The translations under genes and the position numbers were made by a program. The notes beneath the pieces are model-generated. The model did not search any database. It saw nothing but the letters and a program-made list of their open reading frames with translations, and had not been told where the DNA came from. From Candidatus Lloydbacteria bacterium RIFCSPHIGHO2_02_FULL_50_18 (GTDB taxonomy: Bacteria; Patescibacteriota; Minisyncoccia; Phycocordibacterales; UBA6899), in the NCBI GenBank assembly GCA_001821395.1, contig MHLM01000013.1:1-44951 (forward strand): 44,951 nucleotides of DNA, given 5' to 3'. This document shows positions 29,335 through 38,098 of this stretch, piece by piece; position 1 is the first letter of the stretch; every line of letters starts with the position of its first letter.

Positions 29335-30483
29335 ATGGCACTCAGCCTGATCGGTGAGACACTCACCTTTGCACACGATGGTCAGTTACTCAATTTTTGC
29401 GTGTATGACCAGAATGAGCCGGAGGGTGACGATTTTGTCACTCGCTGCGAAAAGAAGAACAATGCGCTCCATTATGGTCATGCTTGGTTTGATGTGCAAA
29501 ATGGTTTTTGCACGTCGGAGGATATGTTCGCCGCAGCCAAGGAGTTGCGCGGCACTTATGCGCTCTTCTGCGATATGGACGCGCGTCAGCAGTCACAGTT
29601 CATATACAAGATGACGATGCATATCTGCGCGCTCATCGGCGTATCGGCGTGCGATTGGGAACCTTCGCAAGAATTCGTGCTGGATGCGATCCAAGACGAA
29701 CTCTCTGACAAAGATCTGAAAAAGGCCGCCTTGGAAGTTTACGTTCTCCCATGCGAGGAAGAGCCGGACCAACCAGTTGCCGGAAACGATTTCACAACGG
29801 ATCCGGATCTCATTCGCATTGCGCAGCAGAGCTCACGCTTGCGCGTCTTGCTGAATTACGACGAGGAGGATGCAAAAGAAGGAAGAAGTGCTCGTCGTGG
29901 CCTGTCGGTCAATGGTCGCAATCGCGCTTGTTTCTACTCCGGTCGCCGTGCGCTTTCGATCCGTCGTGATAGTGATGCACTCTTTTGTGCAGAAGACACA
30001 CGGGTCGGCTGTGACTGGGAAGCAATGTGCGAGGAGGTCGACAAGGATGGTGAAGGGGTGGTCACGGAGTTCCCGGATGAGTTTGATTTTGCGTACGAGG
30101 AGTACGCGAAAATGAAACGGTTGGGGGATGAGGAGTACACCCCAAAAAATGTGCGCGATGAGAGAGCATCTCGAGTCCGCATTGTGGACTCCTTTGACCC
30201 TTGGGACTTGCGTGATCGGGGCTACGGCTTCTACGATGCGTTAAATCGGAATTACCAGTGTGATTGCCCTGCATGCAGTGGCGACGATTGGTTCTCAATG
30301 CCAGAGATCATCGATGAAGATGCGGAGCAGCAACGTTTGATCGATCGCTTTGGCGATCAGGATGACTGGGACTCTTTCGTTGACTTTGGTCCTTCCGATC
30401 GTGAGATCGACGCGATCCACTTCGGTCACTCTTCTCGGTTGCAGCTTACCGGTCGCTATCGCAAGGCGGTCGCTCCGTTCTGA
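29335..30483 (+). CDS. hypothetical acidic, Cys-rich protein (382 aa)
   Basis: GGAGA lies upstream of the ATG. The protein is very rich in D/E, has 14 Cys including CDCPAC, and has no recognisable domain. Confidence 0.6.
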   Translation: MALSLIGETLTFAHDGQLLNFCVYDQNEPEGDDFVTRCEKKNNALHYGHAWFDVQNGFCTSEDMFAAAKELRGTYALFCDMDARQQSQFIYKMTMHICALIGVSACDWEPSQEFVLDAIQDELSDKDLKKAALEVYVLPCEEEPDQPVAGNDFTTDPDLIRIAQQSSRLRVLLNYDEEDAKEGRSARRGLSVNGRNRACFYSGRRALSIRRDSDALFCAEDTRVGCDWEAMCEEVDKDGEGVVTEFPDEFDFAYEEYAKMKRLGDEEYTPKNVRDERASRVRIVDSFDPWDLRDRGYGFYDALNRNYQCDCPACSGDDWFSMPEIIDEDAEQQRLIDRFGDQDDWDSFVDFGPSDREIDAIHFGHSSRLQLTGRYRKAVAPF

Positions 30484-30508
30484 TCTTTGTTCGATGTATC
30501 GCATTTAT

Positions 30509-30535
30509 GGACAGCCCAACGGCTGTCCATTTTTT
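30509..30535 (+). terminator. rho-independent terminator (GGACAGCC-CAAC-GGCTGTCC + T6)
   Basis: Perfect 8-bp stem followed by ATTTTTT. Confidence 0.85.
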
Positions 30536-30560
30536 ATTGCTGTATGTTATAATTTTTTTA

Positions 30561-31448
30561 ATGAAAGAACTTATCGACAACATTCAAAAGAGTATTTATG
30601 GGCCCGAACATTACCAAGCGATACTGACGCAGCCCCTCCGTGCGTCCTTCAAATATTTTGCCTCACTCGCGCTCTTGCTTACGGTCTTTTTGACGATCAT
30701 CTCATCGATCCCGCTCATTATGAATGCTAACGTTTTTGCGCATGAATTCCCGGCAAAGTTTTTTGCTTATTTTCCTGACGAACTGGAGGTAACCGTTGCC
30801 AGTGGTATCGTTTCATCGAATGTTGCTGAGCCTTATTTTCTTCCCATCCCGACCGAATTATCAGCCGCCATGAGCTCCAAAAAGGGGACGCTCACGAACA
30901 TCGCGGTCATTGATACGCTGACTCCGTTCTCATTGAATCAGTTCGCCGCATATAAGTCCGCGCTTTGGATCGGCCGCGATCAGTTGGTTTATATTGATGA
31001 TGGGGGGGCGATCAAGATCCAGCCGATAGAGAAGACGTTCAATTATGTATTGAACGAGGGGAAGCTCCGCGGGATCGAGTCTCGCATGTCTCCTTATTAT
31101 GCTTTTATCGGCCCGTTGATCGTTCTCGCTATCTTCCTTGTACTTACCATCGGCTTTGCGTCCAATATCGTTTATCTGCTTTTGGGCGCCCTCCTCATCA
31201 TGCTACTCGGGCGCATATTGAAGTTACGGTTAAGCTATGCAAAGGCGTACCAGATAGGACTGCACGCCATCACCCTCCCGCTTCTCATCGACGCCATGCT
31301 GGCGATGAGCAGTCTCGCCTTCATTCGTGTGCAATTTGCATCAACGATCATTATGCTTTTGATTGTGTATGTGAATCTCAGCACGAGAAAACAAACAAGC
31401 ACTATTGCTGCTACCCCCACCGTCTCCGACGATGCACCGGAATCCTAG
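30561..31448 (+). CDS. polytopic membrane protein, DUF1189-like by overall pattern
   Basis: The N-terminus (MKELIDNIQKSIYGPEHYQAIL...) and the transmembrane distribution resemble DUF1189 family proteins. The family assignment is from memory and is low-confidence. Confidence 0.5.
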   Translation: MKELIDNIQKSIYGPEHYQAILTQPLRASFKYFASLALLLTVFLTIISSIPLIMNANVFAHEFPAKFFAYFPDELEVTVASGIVSSNVAEPYFLPIPTELSAAMSSKKGTLTNIAVIDTLTPFSLNQFAAYKSALWIGRDQLVYIDDGGAIKIQPIEKTFNYVLNEGKLRGIESRMSPYYAFIGPLIVLAIFLVLTIGFASNIVYLLLGALLIMLLGRILKLRLSYAKAYQIGLHAITLPLLIDAMLAMSSLAFIRVQFASTIIMLLIVYVNLSTRKQTSTIAATPTVSDDAPES

Positions 31449-31546
31449 GACAAGAGTGCGGAGATGATGGGGACGCGCCCCCTCTCGACGTCTCATGCTT
31501 TTCGTGATAATCAGAGGTAAGAAGTACACTCTGAAAGGTCTCATCT

Positions 31547-32053
31547 ATGGAGCAAAGACCCCCTGAAGTGCTTGGCGTTGATATCGGTCAAGTGTTGATT
31601 GAGCAGAGGCCGGAAGATCCGAGCTTGCTATTCCGCGGACCGAATTATCTCAATTCACCGGAAATGCCGGATGCCTTTCGTGTCCTGCGTCGGTTGCGCG
31701 AAGAACGATTTGGCGAGAATATTTATCTGATCACTCGTTGCGGGCGAACGGTGCGCGAAAAGCGGATCGAATGGCTTGATCATCATCGTTTTTATGAGCG
31801 GGTCGGAATTCCGCGTGTGACGCCAAGGTATTGCTGGACTCCGCAGAATAAATCCGATGTGTGTTACGACCTTGGCATCACACATTTTATCGACGATGAT
31901 CCGCGCGAGCTGGTACATTTGGACGGACTCATCCCGACATTGCTCTTATTTCGCCCCGAAGAACGTTACGTTGCGGAATATGAACGTTTTGTTGCGCAGG
32001 CTACGGTGCGTGTCGCCTCTTGGCTAGCAATCGAGAAACTACTACTCCCGTAG
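31547..32053 (+). CDS. hypothetical protein (168 aa), possibly a small nucleotidase/HAD-like hydrolase
   Basis: Open frame followed by a strong terminator. The family assignment is weak. Confidence 0.45.
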   Translation: MEQRPPEVLGVDIGQVLIEQRPEDPSLLFRGPNYLNSPEMPDAFRVLRRLREERFGENIYLITRCGRTVREKRIEWLDHHRFYERVGIPRVTPRYCWTPQNKSDVCYDLGITHFIDDDPRELVHLDGLIPTLLLFRPEERYVAEYERFVAQATVRVASWLAIEKLLLP

Positions 32054-32057
32054 ATAC

Positions 32058-32084
32058 AACCGACGTACACCGTCGGTTTTTTTA
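32058..32084 (+). terminator. rho-independent terminator (CCGACG-TACAC-CGTCGG + T8)
   Basis: Stem with a T-run. Confidence 0.85.
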
Positions 32085-32189
32085 TTGGATTCCGTTTACG
32101 AAAAAGCCAACCCAATGTCCGGCTCTGCGGACTTGGCTTACTGCGTCAGTACCCCCTCCCGATTTGTCATCAAGTTCTTCCAAACACTG

Positions 32190-32276
32190 CGGAGGAGGAG
32201 AGATTCGAACTCTCGAACGAGTTGCCCCGTTGCCGCCTTTCCAAGGCGGTGCACTAGACCGCTATGCGACTCCTCC
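32190..32276 (-). tRNA. tRNA-Ser (anticodon GGA), long variable arm, CCA not encoded
   Basis: Minus strand reads GGAGGAG-TC-GCA-TAGCGGTCTAG-TGC-A-CCGCC-TTGGAAA-GGCGG-(variable arm CAACGGGGCAACTCGTTC)-GAGAG-TTCGAAT-CTCTC-CTCCTCC-G. It has a 7-bp acceptor stem, a canonical T-loop, and anticodon GGA in a 7-nt loop. Confidence 0.9.
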
Positions 32277-32704
32277 GCACTATTTATAAGAATTTTTCAA
32301 GAGCACTATCTCCTTACATTTGGCAGCAAGGATGAAATGAAGCTAGCTTCAATTTCATCCGAGCGAACTAAATGCATGCTTCATTCAGGAGCTGTACGCC
32401 TTTTGGATATTTTCTTCGTCTCAAAGCAAACTCGAAACTATCTCAAAAGGTCTTGCGTTTCGGTTCCCACTTCAGAAAGCGGGTTCCCATCACCGAAGCT
32501 CACACCATGCGAACCCTCCAGTTACGAGACGCACTATAGCAATTTTATCGTCGCGACGCAAAAGGGCACTGTGCTCATTCGAAACAACCCAATCGTTGAA
32601 CAACTCTCCGATATTGTGTGGGGACGGCGTTCGCTTGCGCGAAGTCCTTTCCGATGGCAGGATGAACACAGAAGAGGCAGTACATTGCATTGAAAGGGAA
32701 TCGT

Positions 32705-33136
32705 ATGACACGAAAAAAAAATCCGCCGAAACCCGTGCAAAAGTGGTGGGCGACCATATTTGTGTTTTTTGCTCCGGAGGCTACGGATGAATTCTTGACC
32801 ATCGCGTTGCCGTCGTTTCGCGCGAACACAGAAGCCGATGCGATCGTGCAAGCGACACAGCATATCACTCGAAACTGGTTCAACGTTGATACTGAATCGT
32901 ACCGCATGGATGATGATGAAAAGACTATGCTGTTGCCATGGAAGCTCGTCACCATTGAGATCCCCGAATTGTTCGCAAAGCATCTCGAGGAGGCTTGGCA
33001 ATTCGACAAACGCGAGGAACGCCGAGAAGCCAAGATGCCGACATCGCAGGATGTGACGATCATTGATTTTCCGATTCGCCCCCCCGTCGACGGAGGTACT
33101 CCTCCATCTGGCCAACCGGATAAGCCCAAGAAATAA
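32705..33136 (+). CDS. hypothetical protein (143 aa) with basic N-terminus and Pro-rich C-terminus
   Basis: AAAGGGAA lies upstream of the ATG. A terminator at 33146-33172 follows. Confidence 0.5.
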   Translation: MTRKKNPPKPVQKWWATIFVFFAPEATDEFLTIALPSFRANTEADAIVQATQHITRNWFNVDTESYRMDDDEKTMLLPWKLVTIEIPELFAKHLEEAWQFDKREERREAKMPTSQDVTIIDFPIRPPVDGGTPPSGQPDKPKK

Positions 33137-33145
33137 CCTCTCACA

Positions 33146-33172
33146 CCCACGACACATGTACGTGGGTTTTTT
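33146..33172 (+). terminator. rho-independent terminator (CCCACG-ACACATGTA-CGTGGG + T6)
   Basis: Perfect 6-bp stem followed by a T-run. Confidence 0.8.
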
Positions 33173-33206
33173 GTGACTATTTTTGTTTTGCTCATGTTCT
33201 GTTAGT

Positions 33207-33974
33207 ATGCGCTCAAATATGCAAAACTCCGCGATCACGTTGCTCAGCCTCAATATGCATCAAGACTATCATCTTGAAACCGTTACTGCGCTCATCACCG
33301 AGCGGGCGACCGACGTCATCTGTCTTCAGGAGACACAAAAGATATTTGTCGAGGACATTGCACGACGACTTGGATATGACTTTTTATTTTCATTGAGAAC
33401 GTATAATGCCTCTCGAGATGATGGTGCCGAACTCAGGGAAGAGGGCGTTGCGCTCATTTGGCACCCTTCTCTTCGGTTGCGAGACAGTAGTGTTATTGCA
33501 TACCGGGAAAAAGACCAGCCTGTCGTGAAACGATTGACGGATGATCCGAATGACGTACGGAGAACGATGCTTGTCGCAACGCTTCTGCGTGGGGTGCAAG
33601 TATTCCGCATCGGCACCACACATTTTACCTGGACACCCGACGGAAGCGCCTCGGAAGAGCAATGCGGCGATATGCATCGCATGCTCAGTGCGCTCGAAGT
33701 ATTTCATGACGAGTACGGCATCGTATTTTGCGGTGATTTCAACGCACCACGCGGCGGAGAGATATTTCAAATGATGAGTGATGTGTATACCGACAATCTT
33801 CCCAGATCGATCGTAACAACACTTGATCAGGCGCTTCATCGTGCAGCTCCTATTTTTCACGCCGTCGATAGCATCTTTTGCACTAAGGAATACGCTGTTT
33901 CCGATGTCGCCGTTGTCGATGGAGTGAGTGACCACATGGCACTTTTTGCAAAGGTGTCAAAGAGTGTGTGCTAG
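33207..33974 (+). CDS. endonuclease/exonuclease/phosphatase (EEP) family protein
   Basis: LSLNMH ... DVICLQE ... GDFNA ... SDHMAL catalytic motifs of the EEP/DNase I-like fold. The start is at 33207 or 33219. Confidence 0.7.
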   Translation: MRSNMQNSAITLLSLNMHQDYHLETVTALITERATDVICLQETQKIFVEDIARRLGYDFLFSLRTYNASRDDGAELREEGVALIWHPSLRLRDSSVIAYREKDQPVVKRLTDDPNDVRRTMLVATLLRGVQVFRIGTTHFTWTPDGSASEEQCGDMHRMLSALEVFHDEYGIVFCGDFNAPRGGEIFQMMSDVYTDNLPRSIVTTLDQALHRAAPIFHAVDSIFCTKEYAVSDVAVVDGVSDHMALFAKVSKSVC

Positions 33975-34360
33975 TGCATGTTTTGTCTTACCCAGTTCAA
34001 GTGATGGTGTCGCAAAGAAGCTTTGTGGAACATGGCGGTTTGAGAGAGCTATTGTCAAAATGAAATTATCGGCGCACAGGTTTTACTATCCACAATTATA
34101 CTCTTGCGGCTTCGTCAGTAATTGCTAGAATCATAAATAGGGAGAGTCGTGTGATTCTCCACAAGAAGTCCTGTGGGACCTTAATTAGACCGAGACGTAA
34201 CAGTCCCGGTTTTGGTTTTTTGGAGTTTTTATACGAATTGAGCATTGTATTTTATCTTGGACTGAAGCATCTTTAGGGACCTTGATCATCTGCAGAATTT
34301 TTCCTCAAAAGCGAGGGCAGTGCGCACCCGCAGGAAAGAATTGCGTCTTTCTTTAAGCGA

Positions 34361-34486
34361 GGGTTTTGATCTTTTGGGCCCCCGCAGACGTATTGCTTGG
34401 TCCGATCGGCTTTGTGATCGGAATTCGTCGAGGGCACACGCGACCGCCGCTGGAAGCGGTCGCGTGTGCCCAAAAGATCAAAACCC
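34361..34486. repeat. nested inverted-repeat element: perfect 19-bp IR (GGGTTTTGATCTTTTGGGC ... GCCCAAAAGATCAAAACCC) enclosing a perfect 16-bp-stem hairpin (34432-34471)
   Basis: Both repeats were verified base by base. A small 7-bp hairpin at 34401-34422 lies between them. Possibly MITE-like or a structured RNA. Confidence 0.85.
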
Positions 34487-34565
34487 GAGCGGTTACTATC
34501 CACACGTTTTCCCCCCTTGCGGGAGTCTAAAACACCACAGATTGGTACAATAGGCAAAGCTCTTT

Positions 34566-36500
34566 ATGGCGGATCACACCAAGAAAATATCGATACATAT
34601 CGGCAATTCGAAACCATCTCCTGCCCCTCTGGGGCATAGTAGCGAGCATTTGCGCGCGCATAGTGAGAAAGCAGTGGTACCATCCGCACACACTAAGTCC
34701 AAGTCTTTGATCGTCACTCATGCGCAAAGCGTATTTCCCGAATCATCAAAGTCGGTAAAAACACTGACTCCCGTCAAACTCGCTATCCCCAAAAAACCAG
34801 TCACGATGGAAGGGATTTCCATGAGCACTATCGCTATCGCCTATTTTTGTATGGAGCTCGGCATCGAGCATTCAATTCCCACTTATGCGGGTGGATTGGG
34901 GATCCTTGCCGGTGATACGCTTCGTTCTGCGGCAGATCTCAATGTGGACATGATCGGCATCTCTCTCTTGTATCGAAAGGGATATTTTCGCCAACGTTTC
35001 GATGACTCAGGTTGGCAGATCGAAGAAGATGAGCAGTGGGATCCGACACAAAAGTTGATCCTCCTTCCCGGCCTCGCTGAGGTCACCATCGAAGGAAGAA
35101 TGGTGTTCATTCGCGCATGGCTCTATAAAATGAGCGGAGTGAATGGTCACGTCAATCCGATCATATTTCTCGATACGGATGTCGACGGGAATAGTGAGGA
35201 TGACCGACAGATCACCGCAAAGCTCTACGCGGGTGATCGCAGAATGAGGCTGATGCAGGAAGCGGTTTTGGGAATCGGCGGTTTTCGCATGCTACAGACA
35301 TTGGGAGCGACCAATATCGAAAAATTCCATATGAATGAAGGACACTCCGCACTGCTGACACTTGAGCTCTATCGGAAATATCATGAATACGATGGTCCGG
35401 TCGAAGAGGTAAAGAGCCGAGCCGTTTTTACGACGCATACACCAATTGCGGCCGGTCACGATGTGTTCACTCGAGACCTTGCGCATGCGGTGCTCGGGAA
35501 AGAGTGTATACCGGAAGAGGTTCAGCATTTGGCATTTGTTGACGGGATGTTGCACATGACACATCTTGGGTTTTCTTTTTCCGGCTATCACAATGGTGTT
35601 GCAAAAAAACATAGTGAAGTTACCCGTGAACTTTTTCCGGGCTATCATATTGAATCGATCACGAACGGTGTCCATGCCGGGGAGTGGGTCAGCGCACCGC
35701 TTGCGGTGCTGTTCGATCGCTATATAGCAGGATGGCGCTTTGATGCACATAATCTTCGATATGCCCTCGTGATCCCGGCCGACGAATTACGGTCTGCGCA
35801 TCAAGCGATGAAGGTGCGTTTGTGTGAGTATGTCCACATTTCGGACCCTGCGACCATCTTTGATCCGCAGGTCTTTACGATCGGTTTTGCGCGAAGGGCA
35901 ACTTCGTACAAGCGCGGTAATATGCTTTTTCATGACGTTGAGCGCCTCAAGCGTATCGCCGAAAAAAGCAACGGTATTCAGATCGTCTATGCGGGAAAGG
36001 CGCACCCCGATGATCGCGATGGTAAGCTGATGATGCAAGAGGTCATTCGGCAGATGCGTACTTTTGCCGGATCAAAAGTGAAATGCATCTATCTTCCCAA
36101 CTACGACATGGAGGTGGCTAAGCTCTTGGTCTCTAGTGTGGACCTGTGGCTCAATACTCCCGTGCGTCCCATGGAAGCGTCGGGAACATCAGGAATGAAG
36201 GCGGCAATGAACGGTGTGCCCCATTTTTCTACGCTCGACGGCTGGTGGCTTGAGGGGCATATCGAGAATGTTACCGGCTGGTCTATTGGTCCTCATCCTG
36301 AAGAGGGGAGGAATCGAGATGTCGATGAAGAGGATGCGGACGATCTGTACAAGAAACTTGAGTATGTGATCATACCGCGATTTGAAGATGATCCGCATGC
36401 ATGGGTGAAGATGATGCGCAGTGCTATTGCAATCAACGGTTCGTTCTTTAACACGCAGAGGATGATGGAGCAGTATGTCCTCGGCGCCTACTTCAAGTAG
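34566..36500 (+). CDS. glgP: alpha-glucan (glycogen/maltodextrin) phosphorylase, GT35 short type
   Basis: YFCMELG...YAGGLGILAGD, EGHSALLTLE, TTHTPIAAGHD and EASGTSGMKAAMNGVPHFSTLDGWWLEG (the PLP-site Lys lies in TSGMKA). The first ~80 residues are Lys/Ser-rich and may not all be translated; alternative starts are at 34806 and 34821. Confidence 0.85.
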   Translation: MADHTKKISIHIGNSKPSPAPLGHSSEHLRAHSEKAVVPSAHTKSKSLIVTHAQSVFPESSKSVKTLTPVKLAIPKKPVTMEGISMSTIAIAYFCMELGIEHSIPTYAGGLGILAGDTLRSAADLNVDMIGISLLYRKGYFRQRFDDSGWQIEEDEQWDPTQKLILLPGLAEVTIEGRMVFIRAWLYKMSGVNGHVNPIIFLDTDVDGNSEDDRQITAKLYAGDRRMRLMQEAVLGIGGFRMLQTLGATNIEKFHMNEGHSALLTLELYRKYHEYDGPVEEVKSRAVFTTHTPIAAGHDVFTRDLAHAVLGKECIPEEVQHLAFVDGMLHMTHLGFSFSGYHNGVAKKHSEVTRELFPGYHIESITNGVHAGEWVSAPLAVLFDRYIAGWRFDAHNLRYALVIPADELRSAHQAMKVRLCEYVHISDPATIFDPQVFTIGFARRATSYKRGNMLFHDVERLKRIAEKSNGIQIVYAGKAHPDDRDGKLMMQEVIRQMRTFAGSKVKCIYLPNYDMEVAKLLVSSVDLWLNTPVRPMEASGTSGMKAAMNGVPHFSTLDGWWLEGHIENVTGWSIGPHPEEGRNRDVDEEDADDLYKKLEYVIIPRFEDDPHAWVKMMRSAIAINGSFFNTQRMMEQYVLGAYFK

Positions 36501-36626
36501 CCAATTCTCCAAATTTGGCGCCTTTCATTTTTTTTACACAACAACCTGACGATGGCCTTCTTGGCGCTTGTCGCCTTTCTTCATGCGTGCTAGTTTTGCT
36601 TCAGGTGTTCATCTCAACGAGGAGCA

Positions 36627-37535
36627 ATGATGAGAGTAATGACAAAGCTTGAAGAACGACTATTCGCCAATGTCGATTATGCGTTTCTGCGCAGTGTCAG
36701 TGGATCGCCAGCTGAGATTCAGGCGGTGCTTGATCGCATCAGCGATATGCTCTGCGACGATATTGATCCGATACAGCTCCTGGCGCACAATCGTGTCGTG
36801 TACGAGGAGACGGCCCTTCAGTATGCGCAAAATACGGAGCATGAGCATATACCCGACGCCCTGATTGCTTTTATGAACAAGCTTCGTAATAACGACATGG
36901 TGCTTGATATTGGTTGTGGAACCGGTCGTGATGCGGTCTTTATGGCGATCAGCGACCGAACGCTTCGGAAATGTTTCATGGGAAGGATGAAGGACGGCAA
37001 GGCGGCACATGAACGTTTTGGTATTCCAAGGAAATCCTTCTTCGCGCTCGGTATCGATGCATCGCCGGGGATGGTGCGGTCCGCGACGGCATTCGCTGAA
37101 GCTCATGGGCTTACTCGTCGGGGGGGCGAAGCACCTCGTGCAGAATTTCTCTGTGAGATAGCCGATATGCATTTTCTCAGAACGGTCGAAACCGTAGAGG
37201 GCTTATTTGATGGAGTATGGTCTTCAGCTGCGCTTTTCATGCATACGCCGCAGCAATGCATCGCACCAGCGTTGGAAGGTGTAGCACACGTGCTTCGTCG
37301 CGGCGGTGTCTTTGGTGTGAGTTATTTCAACAGTCCCATTGGTGTCTCTTACAACAATCTGCGTTACTCACGAACGGGCGAGATCAAATATTTTTCCCGC
37401 CCACAATCCGCACAGATCGTTCTTGCTGCCGAGTCAGCCGGACTGTGTTTGATCGAGGAGTCATTGTCCGATCTTGAAATGGCCGGAACGTTGAAAAAAG
37501 ACTTCTTCATCTCGCAGCTATTTCGAAAAAAATAG
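36627..37535 (+). CDS. class I SAM-dependent methyltransferase
   Basis: VLDIGCGTGRDA motif I. AGGAG lies upstream of ATGATG. Confidence 0.75.
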   Translation: MMRVMTKLEERLFANVDYAFLRSVSGSPAEIQAVLDRISDMLCDDIDPIQLLAHNRVVYEETALQYAQNTEHEHIPDALIAFMNKLRNNDMVLDIGCGTGRDAVFMAISDRTLRKCFMGRMKDGKAAHERFGIPRKSFFALGIDASPGMVRSATAFAEAHGLTRRGGEAPRAEFLCEIADMHFLRTVETVEGLFDGVWSSAALFMHTPQQCIAPALEGVAHVLRRGGVFGVSYFNSPIGVSYNNLRYSRTGEIKYFSRPQSAQIVLAAESAGLCLIEESLSDLEMAGTLKKDFFISQLFRKK

Positions 37536-37609
37536 TTTTAATCAATATGCCGTCCTTTTGGGCGGTTTTTTCTTGTACAGAGTCGAGTTCATGCGTTACC
37601 CTTCATATC

Positions 37610-38098
37610 ATGTCGAAGCGCACACGAATGTTCGTTCTTCCGTCGCTCATTTTCATGTCGCTTTTTGCGTTTCTGCTGTTTGGTCACGTGCGGCAAACGA
37701 TACACGATCGTGTACTTTGTTCCCATGGAACCCATCTCTTACATCTTTCAGATCCGATCGTTGTCACCGTACTTCGAACACAGGAAGAACATCGTCGCGG
37801 ACTTTCAGGGAAGGAAGAGCTCCCTCCTGATGAAGGAGTGATCTTTGATTTTGGTGTAGTCGGACCTCAGCATTTTTGGATGAAGGATATGCGATTTTCA
37901 CTTGATATGATATTTCTTGACAGCGATTGGAGGGTGGTGAAAATCTTTTCGGCTGTGCACCCTGATTCATATCCGGATTCATTTGATTCTCCGGATGACA
38001 CGCGTTATGCGCTTGAGGTGACATCCGGCCTTGTTGCGAGAGAGCAGCTTACCGTTGGTACAGCATTGCGCATGCTTTCGTGCGAAGAAATTTATTGA
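37610..38098 (+). CDS. DUF192 (COG1430) family protein with N-terminal membrane anchor
   Basis: GLSGK...GVIFDFG...HFWMKDMRFSLDMIFLDSDWRVVKI...YALEVTSGL matches the DUF192 consensus pattern. Confidence 0.7.
   Translation: MSKRTRMFVLPSLIFMSLFAFLLFGHVRQTIHDRVLCSHGTHLLHLSDPIVVTVLRTQEEHRRGLSGKEELPPDEGVIFDFGVVGPQHFWMKDMRFSLDMIFLDSDWRVVKIFSAVHPDSYPDSFDSPDDTRYALEVTSGLVAREQLTVGTALRMLSCEEIY

Noticed and set aside
32085-32693. 202-codon plus-strand ORF
   Set aside because: It runs straight through the tRNA-Ser gene and the non-coding leader, and has no SD.
32534-33253. 239-codon minus-strand ORF
   Set aside because: It overlaps the SD- and terminator-supported ORF 32705-33136 and the EEP gene start on the opposite strand. 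There are no supporting signals.
32100-33974. Integrated element at tRNA-Ser
   Set aside because: No integrase, no excisionase and no direct repeat of the tRNA 3' end are visible on either side within the window.
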